A DNA stretch of 64,000 bases from Candidatus Bathyarchaeota archaeon (GCA_963720565.1 CAVRFW010000006.1:15521-79520); one strand, 5' to 3'. Positions 39,434-51,158 are shown, numbered from the stretch's first letter. Program-made: numbers and translations. The notes: generated by a model not told the origin, from the letters alone.

Positions 39434-41522
39434 CTATCTTTCTATAGAGATTTTGCTGATTCCAGCTTCTTTTTCAAGTGTTATTACGTGTTCAGCTTTT
39501 TCTGCGAAGACTTCGCTATGGGTTACCGCGATAATCTGTTCTATAGCTTTGAATCGAGAAATCGCTTCGGCCAAATGCTCGATACTGCCGTCTTCTCTGC
39601 CTAGGCTTTCAGTAGGCTCATCCAACAGCAACATGCTCAAGCCATGACCTGTCCGTGATTGCATGATGAGTTGACCTAAGCCTAAGCGATAAGCAAAAGC
39701 GAGCAACGTGCGCTCTCCACCAGAAAGGTTTGAGACTTCCCTTTCAACTCCGCTTTCGCTTTTCACGCAGGGCGTGTACGTTTCATCTATCATGACGTTC
39801 AACAGTGGTGCCTCCCCGCCAACTAGACTGTCAAGCACTTGCTGCACGAAGTTCCTAAGCACTTTCACGAATTCACTGCGCAGTTTAGGCTGTATGCTTC
39901 TGTACGCATCACGGATTCCGCCCAAAATCTCAAGAGTCTTGGAGATTTTTTGAATTCGTTCAAACTTTTCTTGAGCATTGTCTATCCTATCTTTGGTCTC
40001 GTCTAAACGTTTGAGAAGATCTTTCTTGCGGTTTTCTCTGAGTCGCAAGTCAGATTCCAAATGAGAATACTGCTGGAATGCTTGTCTGCTTTGTTCCCGT
40101 GCGGCTTCGAGATCCGATGAATCGAATCTGCCAATCTCAAAACGCAAATCATCAAGCTGCGTTTGCAGTTCTGCTGCAAGACGCTGTTTTGCCTCATATT
40201 CGGCGGACAAATCGTTCATAGATTTCTCTTCTTCGTTTATTCGAACTTTCAGGTCTTCATTTCGCGCAGTAAGAGTAGGCAGGTTCGAGCATGCTTCGAA
40301 GGCTACAGCTTTGACTCGTTGTACCTCTTCAAGTTCACTTCTTAATTGTTTGAGGACTTTTTGCCTGTCTACATTTTCTTCTTCGATCCTCTGGACTAAA
40401 CCATTCTTGTATTCTTCATTCAACGATTGCAGGCAAAGTGGACAACGGTTTTCGGCGGAAAGAGACTTGGTTCTTTTTTGATCAACTTGCATGTTTTGAA
40501 GAATAGCTTCTTGCTCGGCTTTCAGGTTGGAGATTCGATCATCAAGGGTTGCCAAATGCTGCTGCAGTTTTTCTATTTGCTGGTTTGGCTGTATTCCAAC
40601 TTCCTCAAGAAGCCTATGGCTTGCTTTGATCTGTATGTTAATTGAGCTTTGTCGTTGTTTGAGGTTTTCGATGATTGTCTTTTTTCCCTCAATTCTTTGA
40701 GTCAGAGATGCCGATGCATCTATCGTGTTTGTTATGTTCGTTTGGACTTTTGCTTCGCGCCTCTTTAGGTCGTCGATTAAAAGCTTCTTTTCTTCGAGCT
40801 TCTTGAGCTTTGCATCTGCGTCCTCCAGCACTCTTCTTGCCCTGGCTACTTTTTCGACGGCCCCCTGCAGCTCAATCTCCAGGACGGTGAACTCTTCGGT
40901 AATACGGTTGTGCTCATTGCTAGAGTTTCTCCAGACTGACCACGTCTGGATCTTTCTCGTATACTCTCTTTTCTGTTTCGTATTCGCGCTGGTACTCGGC
41001 TATGCTGCTCCACGCAGTTTCGTAATCCGATAGCCCGAATAACTCGTCCAAACGCCTTTGCCTTTCCCGGGGTGCTGAATCGATAAGTTCTTTCAAATGC
41101 TCCTGCCTAACCCAGATGATTTCGCGGTAAAGGTCCCTGTCCACCCCCGTTATGGCCTTAAACTGTTCGGACACAGCGTCAGTCTTCATGCTTGCCATCA
41201 AGGTTTCATCTTGGAAGAGTTTCAGCTCTTCCAGGTCTTGGCTTATGCCTTTGGAGCGTCTTTTTAGCCCACGAGTTAGCTTGTAGGTGTTCCCGTTGTG
41301 AGTAAACTGAACTGTCACTTTTCCGGAATCTGCGCCTTCACGCAGCAGATACTCAAAGCTCCTGCCGATTGGCTCTCCGAAAAGAGCAAAGTCGATGGAG
41401 TATAGAACGCTGGATTTTCCGCAGCCTAAACCGCCCACTAAACAATTAAAACCCCTTGTAAATGGCACCGTGGATTTGACATGTGAGCGGATGTTTTCAA
41501 GCTGAACGATCTCGATTTTCAA
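39434..41522 (-). CDS. rad50: Rad50 ATPase (about 695 aa), interrupted by one extra base near 40922
   Basis: LENIRSH, GLGCGKSS, Q-loop VRQE; after the shift a coiled coil, Zn hook CPLC, LSGGE, LLLDEPT, AVTH. Directly downstream of mre11. Confidence 0.92.
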
Positions 41523-42724
41523 CGGGCCATTTCCTCCACGGTTTGCCGCACTTTGTCTGCTTGTTTCTTCGTCAGCGGTTCAATCAGAGCAAGGGCGGAG
41601 CGAGATATTTTCTCAGCATCTTCGCGGCTGTAACGGTCGCTGAAAATCTGCATGAAATACTCAAAAGCTTTGGTCTTTAAATCCTTAAACTCGCTCTCAA
41701 AAATAGAACGCGCAATCTCCTCTGAAACTGCACTCTCCTTCAACAAAATGACAGGATGCACAAGTAAAGCTTTCTCAGCAGCACTTCTAATATGCGCGAT
41801 GTCGATTTCAACACGGCTAGCTTCAACTGGTAAAGTGCCTTTCAAAACTGGAATTATTATCGCGTTTTCCTCATCTGCATTCTTGACAAGTTGGGCAGCT
41901 AATTCAGTGATTTTAGCTGAGTTCATGCCCGAGAAATCCTGATCTACAACAACAAATTTCCTCGGGGAATCGAGCTCTATGAACTCTGGAGAAAACGCGC
42001 CCTTTTCGTTGACTTTGACGTGGCAGAATCCTTTCTTGTACTTTGCTTCGTCGTAACTAACGGTTTCGGTGCATCCACTGTAGACAAGTAAGCCGTTTTT
42101 GAACTCTCCGATGTAACGTTCATGCACGTGTCCAGCTGCGTAGTAGTTAAATCCAGCAGGTAGAAGATCAGGCGGAATTTCAGCCTCGATGTAAGGTGGC
42201 TTGAGGCTGGGCAAATCCACTGCAGCATGGAATACGAAAATGTTGCTTGCTACTGGATCTGGTGTAGGGGGGTTTTGTTCGAAAAAAACTGGAAGGGCTT
42301 CTTCAGTTTTTCGTCTGCTTCGATAATTAGGCACTCCATAAACATAGCAGCGATCTGGTAGACGCCAGCAGGCACCTTCCCGTCTAGGCAGATGTATTAT
42401 CAAACCTGCACTGTCTAGAGGATTCAGTATTGTACCAGTTATCATGTTGGGTGCCGAGTCATGGGATCCGTCAACAGTCAAAACGGGAATTCCAGCATCC
42501 CTAATCTGTTTGAAGCATCTTATTGCATTCTCCAATGTTGTGTTTGAGGGACGCGCTTGGTGAAATATGTCTCCTGCGATAATCATGAAATCTGGCTTTA
42601 ACTCGATTGTTTTCTCGACAATCTCAGCGAATACATCGTCAAAATCTTGCCTTCTGGCTTCTAGTCCGTATTGTGCGTATCCTAAATGCAGGTCACTGAC
42701 GTGAACGAAGCTGAAAGCTTTCAA
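41519..42724 (-). CDS. mre11: Mre11 nuclease
   Basis: SDLHLG, AGDIFH, GSHD, GHVH metallophosphoesterase motifs. Confidence 0.93.
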   Translation of the reverse strand: MKAFSFVHVSDLHLGYAQYGLEARRQDFDDVFAEIVEKTIELKPDFMIIAGDIFHQARPSNTTLENAIRCFKQIRDAGIPVLTVDGSHDSAPNMITGTILNPLDSAGLIIHLPRREGACWRLPDRCYVYGVPNYRSRRKTEEALPVFFEQNPPTPDPVASNIFVFHAAVDLPSLKPPYIEAEIPPDLLPAGFNYYAAGHVHERYIGEFKNGLLVYSGCTETVSYDEAKYKKGFCHVKVNEKGAFSPEFIELDSPRKFVVVDQDFSGMNSAKITELAAQLVKNADEENAIIIPVLKGTLPVEASRVEIDIAHIRSAAEKALLVHPVILLKESAVSEEIARSIFESEFKDLKTKAFEYFMQIFSDRYSREDAEKISRSALALIEPLTKKQADKVRQTVEEMAR

Positions 42725-42889
42725 TTGTAGTTGGATTCTCCTTCTTTCATTAGCTGTATCGTCTGGCTTTAGACTGTGGAGTTGCAGGTTTTAAGCGTTT
42801 ACGTAAAAAGAACAGTGGGTTTTTCCGGTTTCAAGGAATAATGTTTAAACATTCAGAGTATGTGTTGATTCTAAAAGTACGGGTAAAAC

Positions 42890-43702
42890 ATGAAATGTCA
42901 GAAATGCGGGCAGGAAACCTATCTTCCATTCCAGTGCCAGTACTGCGGTGGTCAATTCTGCAATGTTCACCGCTTGCCAGAGAACCACCTTTGCCCAAAC
43001 ATTGATCTTGCTCGAGCACAAAAAAACGAGAAAGTTATGGTGAAGAGTGATTCCACTTCGTATGAGTACACGGTTTCGCTTGGACAACCTCTGCAAACCA
43101 AAGGGCATGTTTACTTCAGTCCTAAAGAGCTGAAACATTTGGCTGCGGCAGCGTTGCTTGTGATAGGCGTTGGGTTTTCTGCAGGTCTTTACATGAGTAG
43201 CGTGGTATCTTCGTTGATGCTTGTCTTGACTGCTTCAGCAATCATTTTAGCAACATCTTTTTTTGTTCACGAAATAGCCCATAAGGTCACTGCGCAGAAA
43301 CGAGGATTATGGGCAGAGTTTCGTTTGACAACTTGGGGAGCGTTGTTGACTTTGGTTTTCATGGTTTTGCCTACCCCGTTTAAGTTAATCTCTCCAGGCG
43401 CGGTTATGATTTCTGGATCTGCTCGAAGTGACGATATAGGAAAAATATCGATTGCTGGACCCATAACCAACATTGTTTTGTCGGGCACACTCTTGTGCGC
43501 TGCTTTGATTCCGAGTTCGATTTCCTCGATTTTGCTCTTGGGTGCGCTTATCAACGGGTACATAGCTGTCTTTAATCTGATCCCGATTGGAATCCTTGAC
43601 GGTTTTAAAATCTTTAGTTGGGATAAGAAGATTTGGGTTCTGGCTTTCGGTGCAAGCGCAGTTCTATTGGCGATCTCGTACGTTATGTTCTACTCTTACT
43701 AG
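42890..43702 (+). CDS. AN1-type zinc finger fused to a site-2 (M50) membrane metalloprotease
   Basis: CQKC...CQYCGGQFCNVHRLPENHLC; HEIAH, IAGP, FNLIPIGILDG. Confidence 0.88.
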   Translation: MKCQKCGQETYLPFQCQYCGGQFCNVHRLPENHLCPNIDLARAQKNEKVMVKSDSTSYEYTVSLGQPLQTKGHVYFSPKELKHLAAAALLVIGVGFSAGLYMSSVVSSLMLVLTASAIILATSFFVHEIAHKVTAQKRGLWAEFRLTTWGALLTLVFMVLPTPFKLISPGAVMISGSARSDDIGKISIAGPITNIVLSGTLLCAALIPSSISSILLLGALINGYIAVFNLIPIGILDGFKIFSWDKKIWVLAFGASAVLLAISYVMFYSY

Positions 43703-43736
43703 AATGGATATGGATGAATTCTAAAATTCTAGATTG

Positions 43737-44045
43737 TTAGACTAGTTCTATTGTCACATGGACTTCTTCTGGAACACGGATACGCATTATGCGCCTCATG
43801 ACACGTTCTTCAGAGTCAATTTCAATAAGGCGTTTGTGGATTCGCATCTCCCATCTGTCCCATGTGGCTGTACCTTCACCGCAAGGAGACTTTAACACGG
43901 GTACGCGGAGTCTTTTTGTCGGCAGTGGCACCGGACCATTAATTTTGACGCCTGTTTTGAGGGCTATGCTGCTCAGTTCTGAACATACCTCTTCAAGCTT
44001 CTTGTAATCTGTGCTTGTTAAGCGGATTCGCGCTTTTCTTACCAT
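43737..44045 (-). CDS. rps10: 30S ribosomal protein S10
   Basis: [24 protein letters not shown]. Confidence 0.96.
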   Translation of the reverse strand: MVRKARIRLTSTDYKKLEEVCSELSSIALKTGVKINGPVPLPTKRLRVPVLKSPCGEGTATWDRWEMRIHKRLIEIDSEERVMRRIMRIRVPEEVHVTIELV

Positions 44046-44481
44046 TTTTCGCCAATCAATCCGTGCTCTGTCATTTTAAGGTGACTACCTTAGGAATTTA
44101 AGCGGCACATAAAAACCTATCGACCGACAAAATGTCGTATCAACCCAGATTTCCAAGATGGTTGAACCAGTTCTAGCTTGTGCAAAATTCACCCGTGTTC
44201 TGTTCACAAAATGGCTAGTGTATTTCCAGCAACTTTGCGCCGCTTATCGTAATTACACCTGATTTTATTTGCATAACGGCAAGAGTGATATAAGATGGAA
44301 ACCTGAATCATGATTTTCTTCTTCCACCAGTCAATATGGATGGAAAGGATTCAGAGGCTGCTTTGCGTCTTGTGAGTTAAGAGTTCCAATTTGAGGTCGC
44401 CCAACAGGTTTTAAATATTGTTTGAAATTCATATAGCACGCTGTACACAGGATTGTGTGTTATTGTTATAGGCGAGAAAGG

Positions 44482-46884
44482 ATGAGCCGAAATGGAACTG
44501 TCTTGGCGATTGCTTTGCTTCTAACTTTGGCTATTGCAGAGTCTTTGGTTGCGATCCCACGCGTTGAGGCGGTTGATGTTGGAACCAGGGCTTTCCTCTC
44601 TGTTGCGCCAAACCCTGTCGGTGTTGGCCAAAAAGTTCAGGTTACAATATGGGTGAATCCTATTGTGCCTACGGCAGGAGAAGTATTTCACGGTTTCACG
44701 GTCGACATTACCAGGCCTGACGGAACCACAGAAACTAAAGGACCGATGGACTCTTTCGTGATGGGGGGAGTATTCTTTGAGTATACGCCCAATGCCACGG
44801 GAATTTACAGATTAGTGTTCAAGTATCTGGGACAGACAGTTTCCACAGGTGACGATTATTTGCCCTCCGAGTCTCCGGCTGCAGAACTCACAGTACGGCA
44901 AGAACCAACTCCATCATTGCCTGAGAGCCCGATTCCGACCGATTACTGGACACGGCCAATAAACAGTGAAAATAGGGGTTGGGCTTCAATCGCGGGCAAC
45001 TGGTTGATGCTCGGCTACAACTCCACTTACAGCATGGGCTTTGGCGACTCGACTTCGGGGTTTAATCCGTACACGCAGGCCCCGAGATCTGCTCATGTAA
45101 TGTGGACAAAGGAATTAGCTTTGGGAGGACTAGTAGGGGGGGAACTTGACTCCTTCGGGTATTATACTGGTCAATCCTATGATCCTTACTTCGCTCCTCC
45201 GATAATATTGAACGGCAGAATATACTACAGAATGGGCAAGAGCGGATGGTTGGGACAGGGATACTACCCAGGCTTTGTCTGTGTTGACTTACGCTCCGGA
45301 GAGGAGTATTGGAGAAACGAAGAAGGGTATATTGATCTGGCTCAAATCACGAAATCCTCTTCGTTTGATGGGCAAGGAGGGATACCTTACCTCTGGGATG
45401 TGACAGGGTCAACTTGGGATGTGTACGACCCTTTCACCGGGAAATGGGCTTTCGCTTTTGACGGAGCAGTTTCCGGCTTGGATTTTGGGAGCAAGTGGTG
45501 GCCTGATGCGATTACTCTGGACAGTGAGGGAAAGCTTGAAGTTTTCATTCTCAATGGAAAAGCAAACTGGCTTGCCAAGTGGTCACAAGCCAAGGCTGAG
45601 AAAGAAAATGTAATGTATTTTATTGGGCAGCTGCCAGACACCTACGATTGGAAGCTCGGCGTCGAATGGAACGTCACAATTCCAAACAGGCAGGCTGCAG
45701 ATCCATTGGGCAACATTGTTGGACCAGTAAAGCAAGTTTTAACGGGTAACGTGTTGATAGCAAAAGTGACTGATGGCGGTAACTGGGTCAAGTATGAGGT
45801 TGCCTACAGCCTAACCACAGGAGAAGAACTCTGGGTCAACGAAAACCCGGTGCAGACGTGGTTTTGCGTCGCTGGAGATGGAGTCTACGCTTCCTTCAGC
45901 TACTCAGAGATGAGGTGGACCGGGTATGATGCCCAAACAGGAATTCAACTATGGATAAGTGACCTAAACTCGTACCCCTGGGGAAGCTATGTAAGCTACG
46001 CTCCAGCCATTGCACGCGGAAAGCTGTATTCGGGGTCCTTTGATGGGTACATGCACGCTTTCGACATTAAAACGGGCAAGGAAGTCTGGAAAGCCGGAGG
46101 CGGAGTTAACCCTGAAATCGGGGTTGGAATTTGGCCCATGTGGTCTGGCCCCATCATCGGCGGCAACATTGTTTTTTGCGGCAACGGCGAAGAAACCCCA
46201 ACTCAGCCCCTGTCCAAAGGAAACAGGATATTCGCGTTCGACGCTGAAACCGGAGAAGAAATTTGGAGCATGGGCGGGTACATGAGTCTGAGAGCTATAG
46301 CAGACGGCTATCTGGTAGGATACAATGGATATGACAATCGAATCTACTGTTTCGGGAAGGGACCAAGCGCTACAACAGTAACAGCGTCGCCTAAAGTCAC
46401 TCTTAGAGGAGCCGGCGTGTTGATTGAAGGCACAGTTACTGACCAGTCAATAGGTACGAAGAATACTCCAGCCATTGGGGATGAATATATGAGCGAGTGG
46501 ATGGAGCATGTTCACATGCAGAAGCCTTGTCCAGAAAACGTGGAAGGCGTAGAAGTAGTTTTAACTGCTATTGACCCTAACGGTAACCTGCAGGAAATCG
46601 GGAGGGTCAAGAGTGATTCAAGTGGATTGTTCAAAAAGTTGTTCACCCCAGATACCCCGGGGGAATACGTTATCACGGCAACCTTCAAGGGGTCAGAATC
46701 CTACGGCAGTTCTCGCGCGACAACAGCTGTTGGAGTGTTAGGCGCGTCTTCAAATGGAGATCAATCAGACTCTTTCTTTGAATTTAAGCTGTACATAATC
46801 GTCGCTACAGCAGCAATTATCGCGGCCATAGCAATAGTTGGATGGTTATTGCTGAGGAAAAGTCGGATGACAACACGTGATTAG
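44482..46884 (+). CDS. Secreted, C-terminally anchored PQQ-type beta-propeller protein
   Basis: Signal peptide, repeated (A/V)xDxxTGxxxW motifs, Ig-like flanking domains and a C-terminal TM helix. Confidence 0.85.
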   Translation: MSRNGTVLAIALLLTLAIAESLVAIPRVEAVDVGTRAFLSVAPNPVGVGQKVQVTIWVNPIVPTAGEVFHGFTVDITRPDGTTETKGPMDSFVMGGVFFEYTPNATGIYRLVFKYLGQTVSTGDDYLPSESPAAELTVRQEPTPSLPESPIPTDYWTRPINSENRGWASIAGNWLMLGYNSTYSMGFGDSTSGFNPYTQAPRSAHVMWTKELALGGLVGGELDSFGYYTGQSYDPYFAPPIILNGRIYYRMGKSGWLGQGYYPGFVCVDLRSGEEYWRNEEGYIDLAQITKSSSFDGQGGIPYLWDVTGSTWDVYDPFTGKWAFAFDGAVSGLDFGSKWWPDAITLDSEGKLEVFILNGKANWLAKWSQAKAEKENVMYFIGQLPDTYDWKLGVEWNVTIPNRQAADPLGNIVGPVKQVLTGNVLIAKVTDGGNWVKYEVAYSLTTGEELWVNENPVQTWFCVAGDGVYASFSYSEMRWTGYDAQTGIQLWISDLNSYPWGSYVSYAPAIARGKLYSGSFDGYMHAFDIKTGKEVWKAGGGVNPEIGVGIWPMWSGPIIGGNIVFCGNGEETPTQPLSKGNRIFAFDAETGEEIWSMGGYMSLRAIADGYLVGYNGYDNRIYCFGKGPSATTVTASPKVTLRGAGVLIEGTVTDQSIGTKNTPAIGDEYMSEWMEHVHMQKPCPENVEGVEVVLTAIDPNGNLQEIGRVKSDSSGLFKKLFTPDTPGEYVITATFKGSESYGSSRATTAVGVLGASSNGDQSDSFFEFKLYIIVATAAIIAAIAIVGWLLLRKSRMTTRD

Positions 46885-46886
46885 CA

Positions 46887-47126
46887 TTACCCTAGATTTT
46901 CTAAGTAATCCAGAAATTCACTCAATTCTTCTTTGTTCATGCTAGATATGGAAGTGCGTTCTGCCTTGATGTATTTGCGAAGGGCATCCAAGCAGTCTTT
47001 TGCTCTTACGTCTTTCCTAACGGTTTGGATTTGGTCACGTTCTATTTTTATTCTGTAGAGTGTCGCCAAGAAGGTTGCGAAGACGACTAGAGTGTTGCTC
47101 ACTATGACTATGATTTCCAAGCTCAT
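46887..47126 (-). CDS. Small hypothetical membrane-anchored protein
   Basis: 79 aa with an N-terminal hydrophobic helix; GGGGCGA upstream. Confidence 0.5.
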   Translation of the reverse strand: MSLEIIVIVSNTLVVFATFLATLYRIKIERDQIQTVRKDVRAKDCLDALRKYIKAERTSISSMNKEELSEFLDYLENLG

Positions 47127-47252
47127 ATTAATCGCCCCGTGTCCCTACCATGTAGAAAATCAATCTGTAATGAAGGGATATATCATTTTTTAGGTGTGTG
47201 AAATCTTATTAGCCGTCAATATAGTATATCCAGTATATTCTCGGGGGTTTCC

Positions 47253-49022
47253 TTGTTGGAATACACGATAATCGCAGATGCTTACGAAAGAATCGAGGCG
47301 ACTACGAAAAGGCTGGAAATGACTGATTTACTGGTGGAACTGCTGAAAAAAACCCCAAAGAGCACAATTGGCAAAGTTGTCTATTTGACACAAGGAAAGA
47401 TATACCCAGATTTTGTCGGTTTAGAGATAGGTGTAGCTGAAAAACTTGCTGTCAAAGCCCTATCACGTGCTTCAGGGATAAAAAATGTCGAGCTTTCTAA
47501 ACTCCTTGCCAAAATCGGTGACGTCGGCGAGGTGACAGAAGAAGTCATAAAAAGAAAAAAGCAAGCCACGTTAGGAGCACCGAAAACCCTGACAGTTGAG
47601 CGAGTTTACGAAGTTCTAGACAAAATGGCTAAGACGCTGGGTTCAGGCGCCGTAGACTCCAAGATGGCGCTTTTGGCCGGATTGCTGTCACATGCATCGC
47701 CTAAAGAGGCCAAATACATAATGCGAACCGTCACAGGCAACCTGCGCTTGGGCATCGCTGACATGACTGTTCTGGATGCTTTAGCGATAGCATACGGAGG
47801 CGGCAAAGAATCTCGCGAACTTGTAGAACGTGCTTACAACATCTCTTCTGACCTTGGCAGAGTGGCAAACGTCTTGGTTGAGAAGGGATTGGATGGAATA
47901 AAGAAGTTTCAAGTGATGGTTTTTGAGCCGATTCGGCCTATGTTGGCTGAGAGGCTGCCTTCTCTCGAAGAGATTTTGGAAAAACTTGGGGGAAAATGTA
48001 TTGCCGAGTACAAGTATGATGGTGAACGCATCCAAGCGCATAAGAAAGATGACAGAGTAGTGTTGTTTTCCAGACGTTTGGAGAACATTTCCGACCAGTA
48101 TCCAGACGCAGTTGAACTCATCAAAGATAAGATAAAAGCAAAGGAAGCTATACTAGAAGCTGAATGCGTAGCAATGGATCTTGAAACAGGCGAAATGAGA
48201 CCATTCCAAGAGTTGATGCACCGCCGGAGAAAATACGGGGTTGAAGCCGCTATGGAGCAGTACCCCGTTTCGCTTTTCATGTTTGACGCCCTCTACTTGG
48301 ATGGGAAGGATTTGACGTTCGAAACTTATCCAACTCGACGAAAAGCTCTTGAAAACACGCTCAGGGGTAACGACACTGCCAAAGTGGCTAAACACATAAT
48401 CGCGCATAGCACGAAAGAACTTGAGGAATTTTTTGAGGAAGCCATAGAGAACGGATGCGAAGGTTTGATTTGTAAAGCCATAGGAAAAGACTCAGTATAC
48501 CAAGCGGGAGCTCGAGGATGGCTCTGGATAAAGTACAAACGTGATTACAAGAGTGAGATGACGGACACGGTTGACCTCGTGGTCGTGGGCGCTTTTCACG
48601 GGAGAGGAAGACGTGCTGGAACCTATGGTGCCTTGCTTCTAGCCACGTACAATAAAGAAAGAGATGTTTTTGAAACAGTCACAAAGTGCGGGACCGGTTT
48701 CACTGACAAAGACTTGGCGGGTTTCCCCGAGATTCTGAAGAAACATGAAGTCCCTCGCAAACACTCACGCGTTCTGTCCACTCTTGAGGCTGATATTTGG
48801 TTTGAACCTGCCGTAGTTCTGGAAATACTTGGGGCTGAAATCACGCTGAGCCCTATCCACACAAGTGCTATGGATTCCGTAAGAAAGAGAAGCGGTTTAG
48901 CTATAAGGTTTCCAAGATTCACTGGAAAGTACAGAACGGATAAAGCAGCAGAAGACGCTACCACTTCTGAAGAAGTCTTGGAAATGTACCATAAGCAACT
49001 CAAGAAAATCAGCGACACATAG
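47253..49022 (+). CDS. lig: ATP-dependent DNA ligase
   Basis: EYKYDGER, EGLICK, WIKYKRDY, IRFPRF. Confidence 0.97.
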   Translation: MLEYTIIADAYERIEATTKRLEMTDLLVELLKKTPKSTIGKVVYLTQGKIYPDFVGLEIGVAEKLAVKALSRASGIKNVELSKLLAKIGDVGEVTEEVIKRKKQATLGAPKTLTVERVYEVLDKMAKTLGSGAVDSKMALLAGLLSHASPKEAKYIMRTVTGNLRLGIADMTVLDALAIAYGGGKESRELVERAYNISSDLGRVANVLVEKGLDGIKKFQVMVFEPIRPMLAERLPSLEEILEKLGGKCIAEYKYDGERIQAHKKDDRVVLFSRRLENISDQYPDAVELIKDKIKAKEAILEAECVAMDLETGEMRPFQELMHRRRKYGVEAAMEQYPVSLFMFDALYLDGKDLTFETYPTRRKALENTLRGNDTAKVAKHIIAHSTKELEEFFEEAIENGCEGLICKAIGKDSVYQAGARGWLWIKYKRDYKSEMTDTVDLVVVGAFHGRGRRAGTYGALLLATYNKERDVFETVTKCGTGFTDKDLAGFPEILKKHEVPRKHSRVLSTLEADIWFEPAVVLEILGAEITLSPIHTSAMDSVRKRSGLAIRFPRFTGKYRTDKAAEDATTSEEVLEMYHKQLKKISDT

Positions 49023-49092
49023 CTAAATATAGATACTTTTTGATTGATGCTGCAAACCTTGATAAACACAATTAACACAGAATAGTACTTGT

Positions 49093-49707
49093 GTGGAAGG
49101 AATGTCCCAAGACTCAGAAAGAATGAAAGCTCTCGTTGCATTCAAAAAGAAACTGGAAAAGAGAATTGAGGAATTAGACTCTGAGACTAAGGAATTTCAA
49201 GCTACTCTAGACACAGTCAATTCTATTCTACTCGAAAAAGGATTCAAACGAGGAGATATTAAAGAGATACCCACCACGCCCAAAGATGTTGCACTGCCAA
49301 AGGAAGCACCCGTAGTTACGCGTGAAAAGCCCGCTTTGCAGCCTGCAACTGAGCCAGAGAGTGTCATACCATTGAAAACGTTTGATGATGAACCCCTAGC
49401 GATAATATACGTTGACAAGCATTCTCTGCATGTATTACCAGACGAGAGCAAAAACTTCAGCGTTAACACGCCCCCTTTCAGCAATTTTCTTATTGAAAGA
49501 GTTCTGGCGAAGATGCAGGAGAAAGACAACGAACTTGTTCGAATGGGCCAGCTAACTCCTGAAAAAATGTTTGCGTATAACATCGTGCGTGAATCCGATT
49601 TGATACGTGAAATAGTTATCAGGAATGTCGATGAAGAGCGTTTGAGAGAGCTGAAATCCAGCATTAGATGGACTTTAGAAAAGATGTACGAAAAAATGAA
49701 GAAGTGA
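49093..49707 (+). CDS. Conserved hypothetical protein
   Basis: 204-aa ORF; N-terminal coiled coil, TPPFSNFL, SSIRWTLEKM. Confidence 0.75.
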   Translation: MEGMSQDSERMKALVAFKKKLEKRIEELDSETKEFQATLDTVNSILLEKGFKRGDIKEIPTTPKDVALPKEAPVVTREKPALQPATEPESVIPLKTFDDEPLAIIYVDKHSLHVLPDESKNFSVNTPPFSNFLIERVLAKMQEKDNELVRMGQLTPEKMFAYNIVRESDLIREIVIRNVDEERLRELKSSIRWTLEKMYEKMKK

Positions 49708-49715
49708 AGCGAAAC

Positions 49716-50042
49716 CTACTCAAGATATTTCTTGAGGAGGGCTTCAATGTTTTTCTTGGGGCACATACCCACAAGCCTCTCAACTTCAACGCTATCCTTG
49801 AAAACTACCATCGTAGGTATGCTAAAAACCTGAAATTTCTCGGCGGTATTCGGGTTCTCATCAACATCTAGTTTGGCAACAAGAACCTTACCTGCGAATT
49901 CTCTAGCCAATTCCTCAATCGTAGGCGCTAAGGCTCTGCATGGACCACACCATCCTGCCCAGAAGTCCAGCAAAACCAAATTGTTTTTCCTAAGGGTTTC
50001 ATCAAAACTTGCGTCTGTTACGTGAAAAGGACCATTAACCAT
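49716..50042 (-). CDS. trxA: Thioredoxin
   Basis: DFWAGWCGPC, SIPT. Confidence 0.95.
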   Translation of the reverse strand: MVNGPFHVTDASFDETLRKNNLVLLDFWAGWCGPCRALAPTIEELAREFAGKVLVAKLDVDENPNTAEKFQVFSIPTMVVFKDSVEVERLVGMCPKKNIEALLKKYLE

Positions 50043-50303
50043 TTAGTTTGTTCTCCTTGATTTAATGTTTTAATCCTTTTGCATTCTTTGATATAAACCG
50101 TTCGCGCTAGATAACTTGCAGGAACAAAAGTTTCAATCAGACTAGAAAATTCTATGAACTTCCCTCATTATCAGTTTTGCTCTGCCGCGTTCTCTAAAAT
50201 CGATACATTGGAATTCTGTCTTAATCAATAATGCTTGTCGAAAAACTCTTTCCTATTCATAGCCCGTCTCGTTTCTATCTAGCAAAAGCTCGGCAAATTA
50301 ACA

Positions 50304-51158
50304 TCAGGGTTTTCTGAAGACTACAGCGGCATATCCGACGACGCTGGAGAACTCTTCTATTATGTCTCCACTGGTCTTGTGAGATAACACTACCGCAGCC
50401 TTCACGCCCAAAGCTTTAGATAAAGTCATCAAAGAGGCTATAGGACCATACCCGCAGGCGCTCACATCTTGCTTCTCAATTATCGAATAAAGCTGTTTCA
50501 CGTCCAAGTCTACAATGGCTTTCAAAGCCGCTAAGTCCTTTTTGTTTACGGACGCCTGAGGTTCATAGTGTGTGAAATCTGAGGAAGAAACAACCACAGC
50601 ATTTCTGTCAGCCAAGACCTTAGTCAAAACGGTGCCAATCTCCACGGCGGACTGCAAATCCTGCATTAGAAAAGACATCGGCACGAATTTGAAGTTCTTT
50701 CCATAGATGTATTGCAGGAAAGGCAGTTGAACTTCTATAGAATGCTCAAAACGATGTGCAGTACTATCAACATCGACAATTCCTGATTCCTCAACTATCC
50801 TGTTAGCTGTTTCCACGTCAATCTCCACGTTCCCAAGAGGAGTACGCCAAGAGCCCTCATTCACAAGGGCTAAACCGCTGCCGTGTCCAGTGTGATTTGG
50901 ACCCAAGATTACAACAGTGTCAGGTCTACCGTCTGATGCCAATTCGTAGTAAGCTTTAGCCGCAACTGGGCCAGAATACAGGTAACCTGCATGGGGACAG
51001 ACTATTCCCACGATCTTTCGGGAACCGTCGCCATCAATTTTTGGAAGTTGCCCAGGACCGAATTTGTGTAAAAAACAGTTCTCGATTTGAATTTTTAGCG
51101 CTTCGGCGTCTCCCTCGTAGAATTGTCCTGCTACGATTGGACGCCGAACCGTCGCCAT
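50304..51158 (-). CDS. amrB: MEMO1 family protein (AmmeMemoRadiSam system protein B)
   Basis: RRPIVAGQFY, PHAGYLYSG, GPNH, EHSIEVQLPFLQ, SSDFTHY, CGYGP. Confidence 0.92.
   Translation of the reverse strand: MATVRRPIVAGQFYEGDAEALKIQIENCFLHKFGPGQLPKIDGDGSRKIVGIVCPHAGYLYSGPVAAKAYYELASDGRPDTVVILGPNHTGHGSGLALVNEGSWRTPLGNVEIDVETANRIVEESGIVDVDSTAHRFEHSIEVQLPFLQYIYGKNFKFVPMSFLMQDLQSAVEIGTVLTKVLADRNAVVVSSSDFTHYEPQASVNKKDLAALKAIVDLDVKQLYSIIEKQDVSACGYGPIASLMTLSKALGVKAAVVLSHKTSGDIIEEFSSVVGYAAVVFRKP

Noticed and set aside
44482-46884. PQQ-dependent dehydrogenase
   Set aside because: Only propeller repeat motifs are visible, with no catalytic signature; a structural surface protein is more likely.
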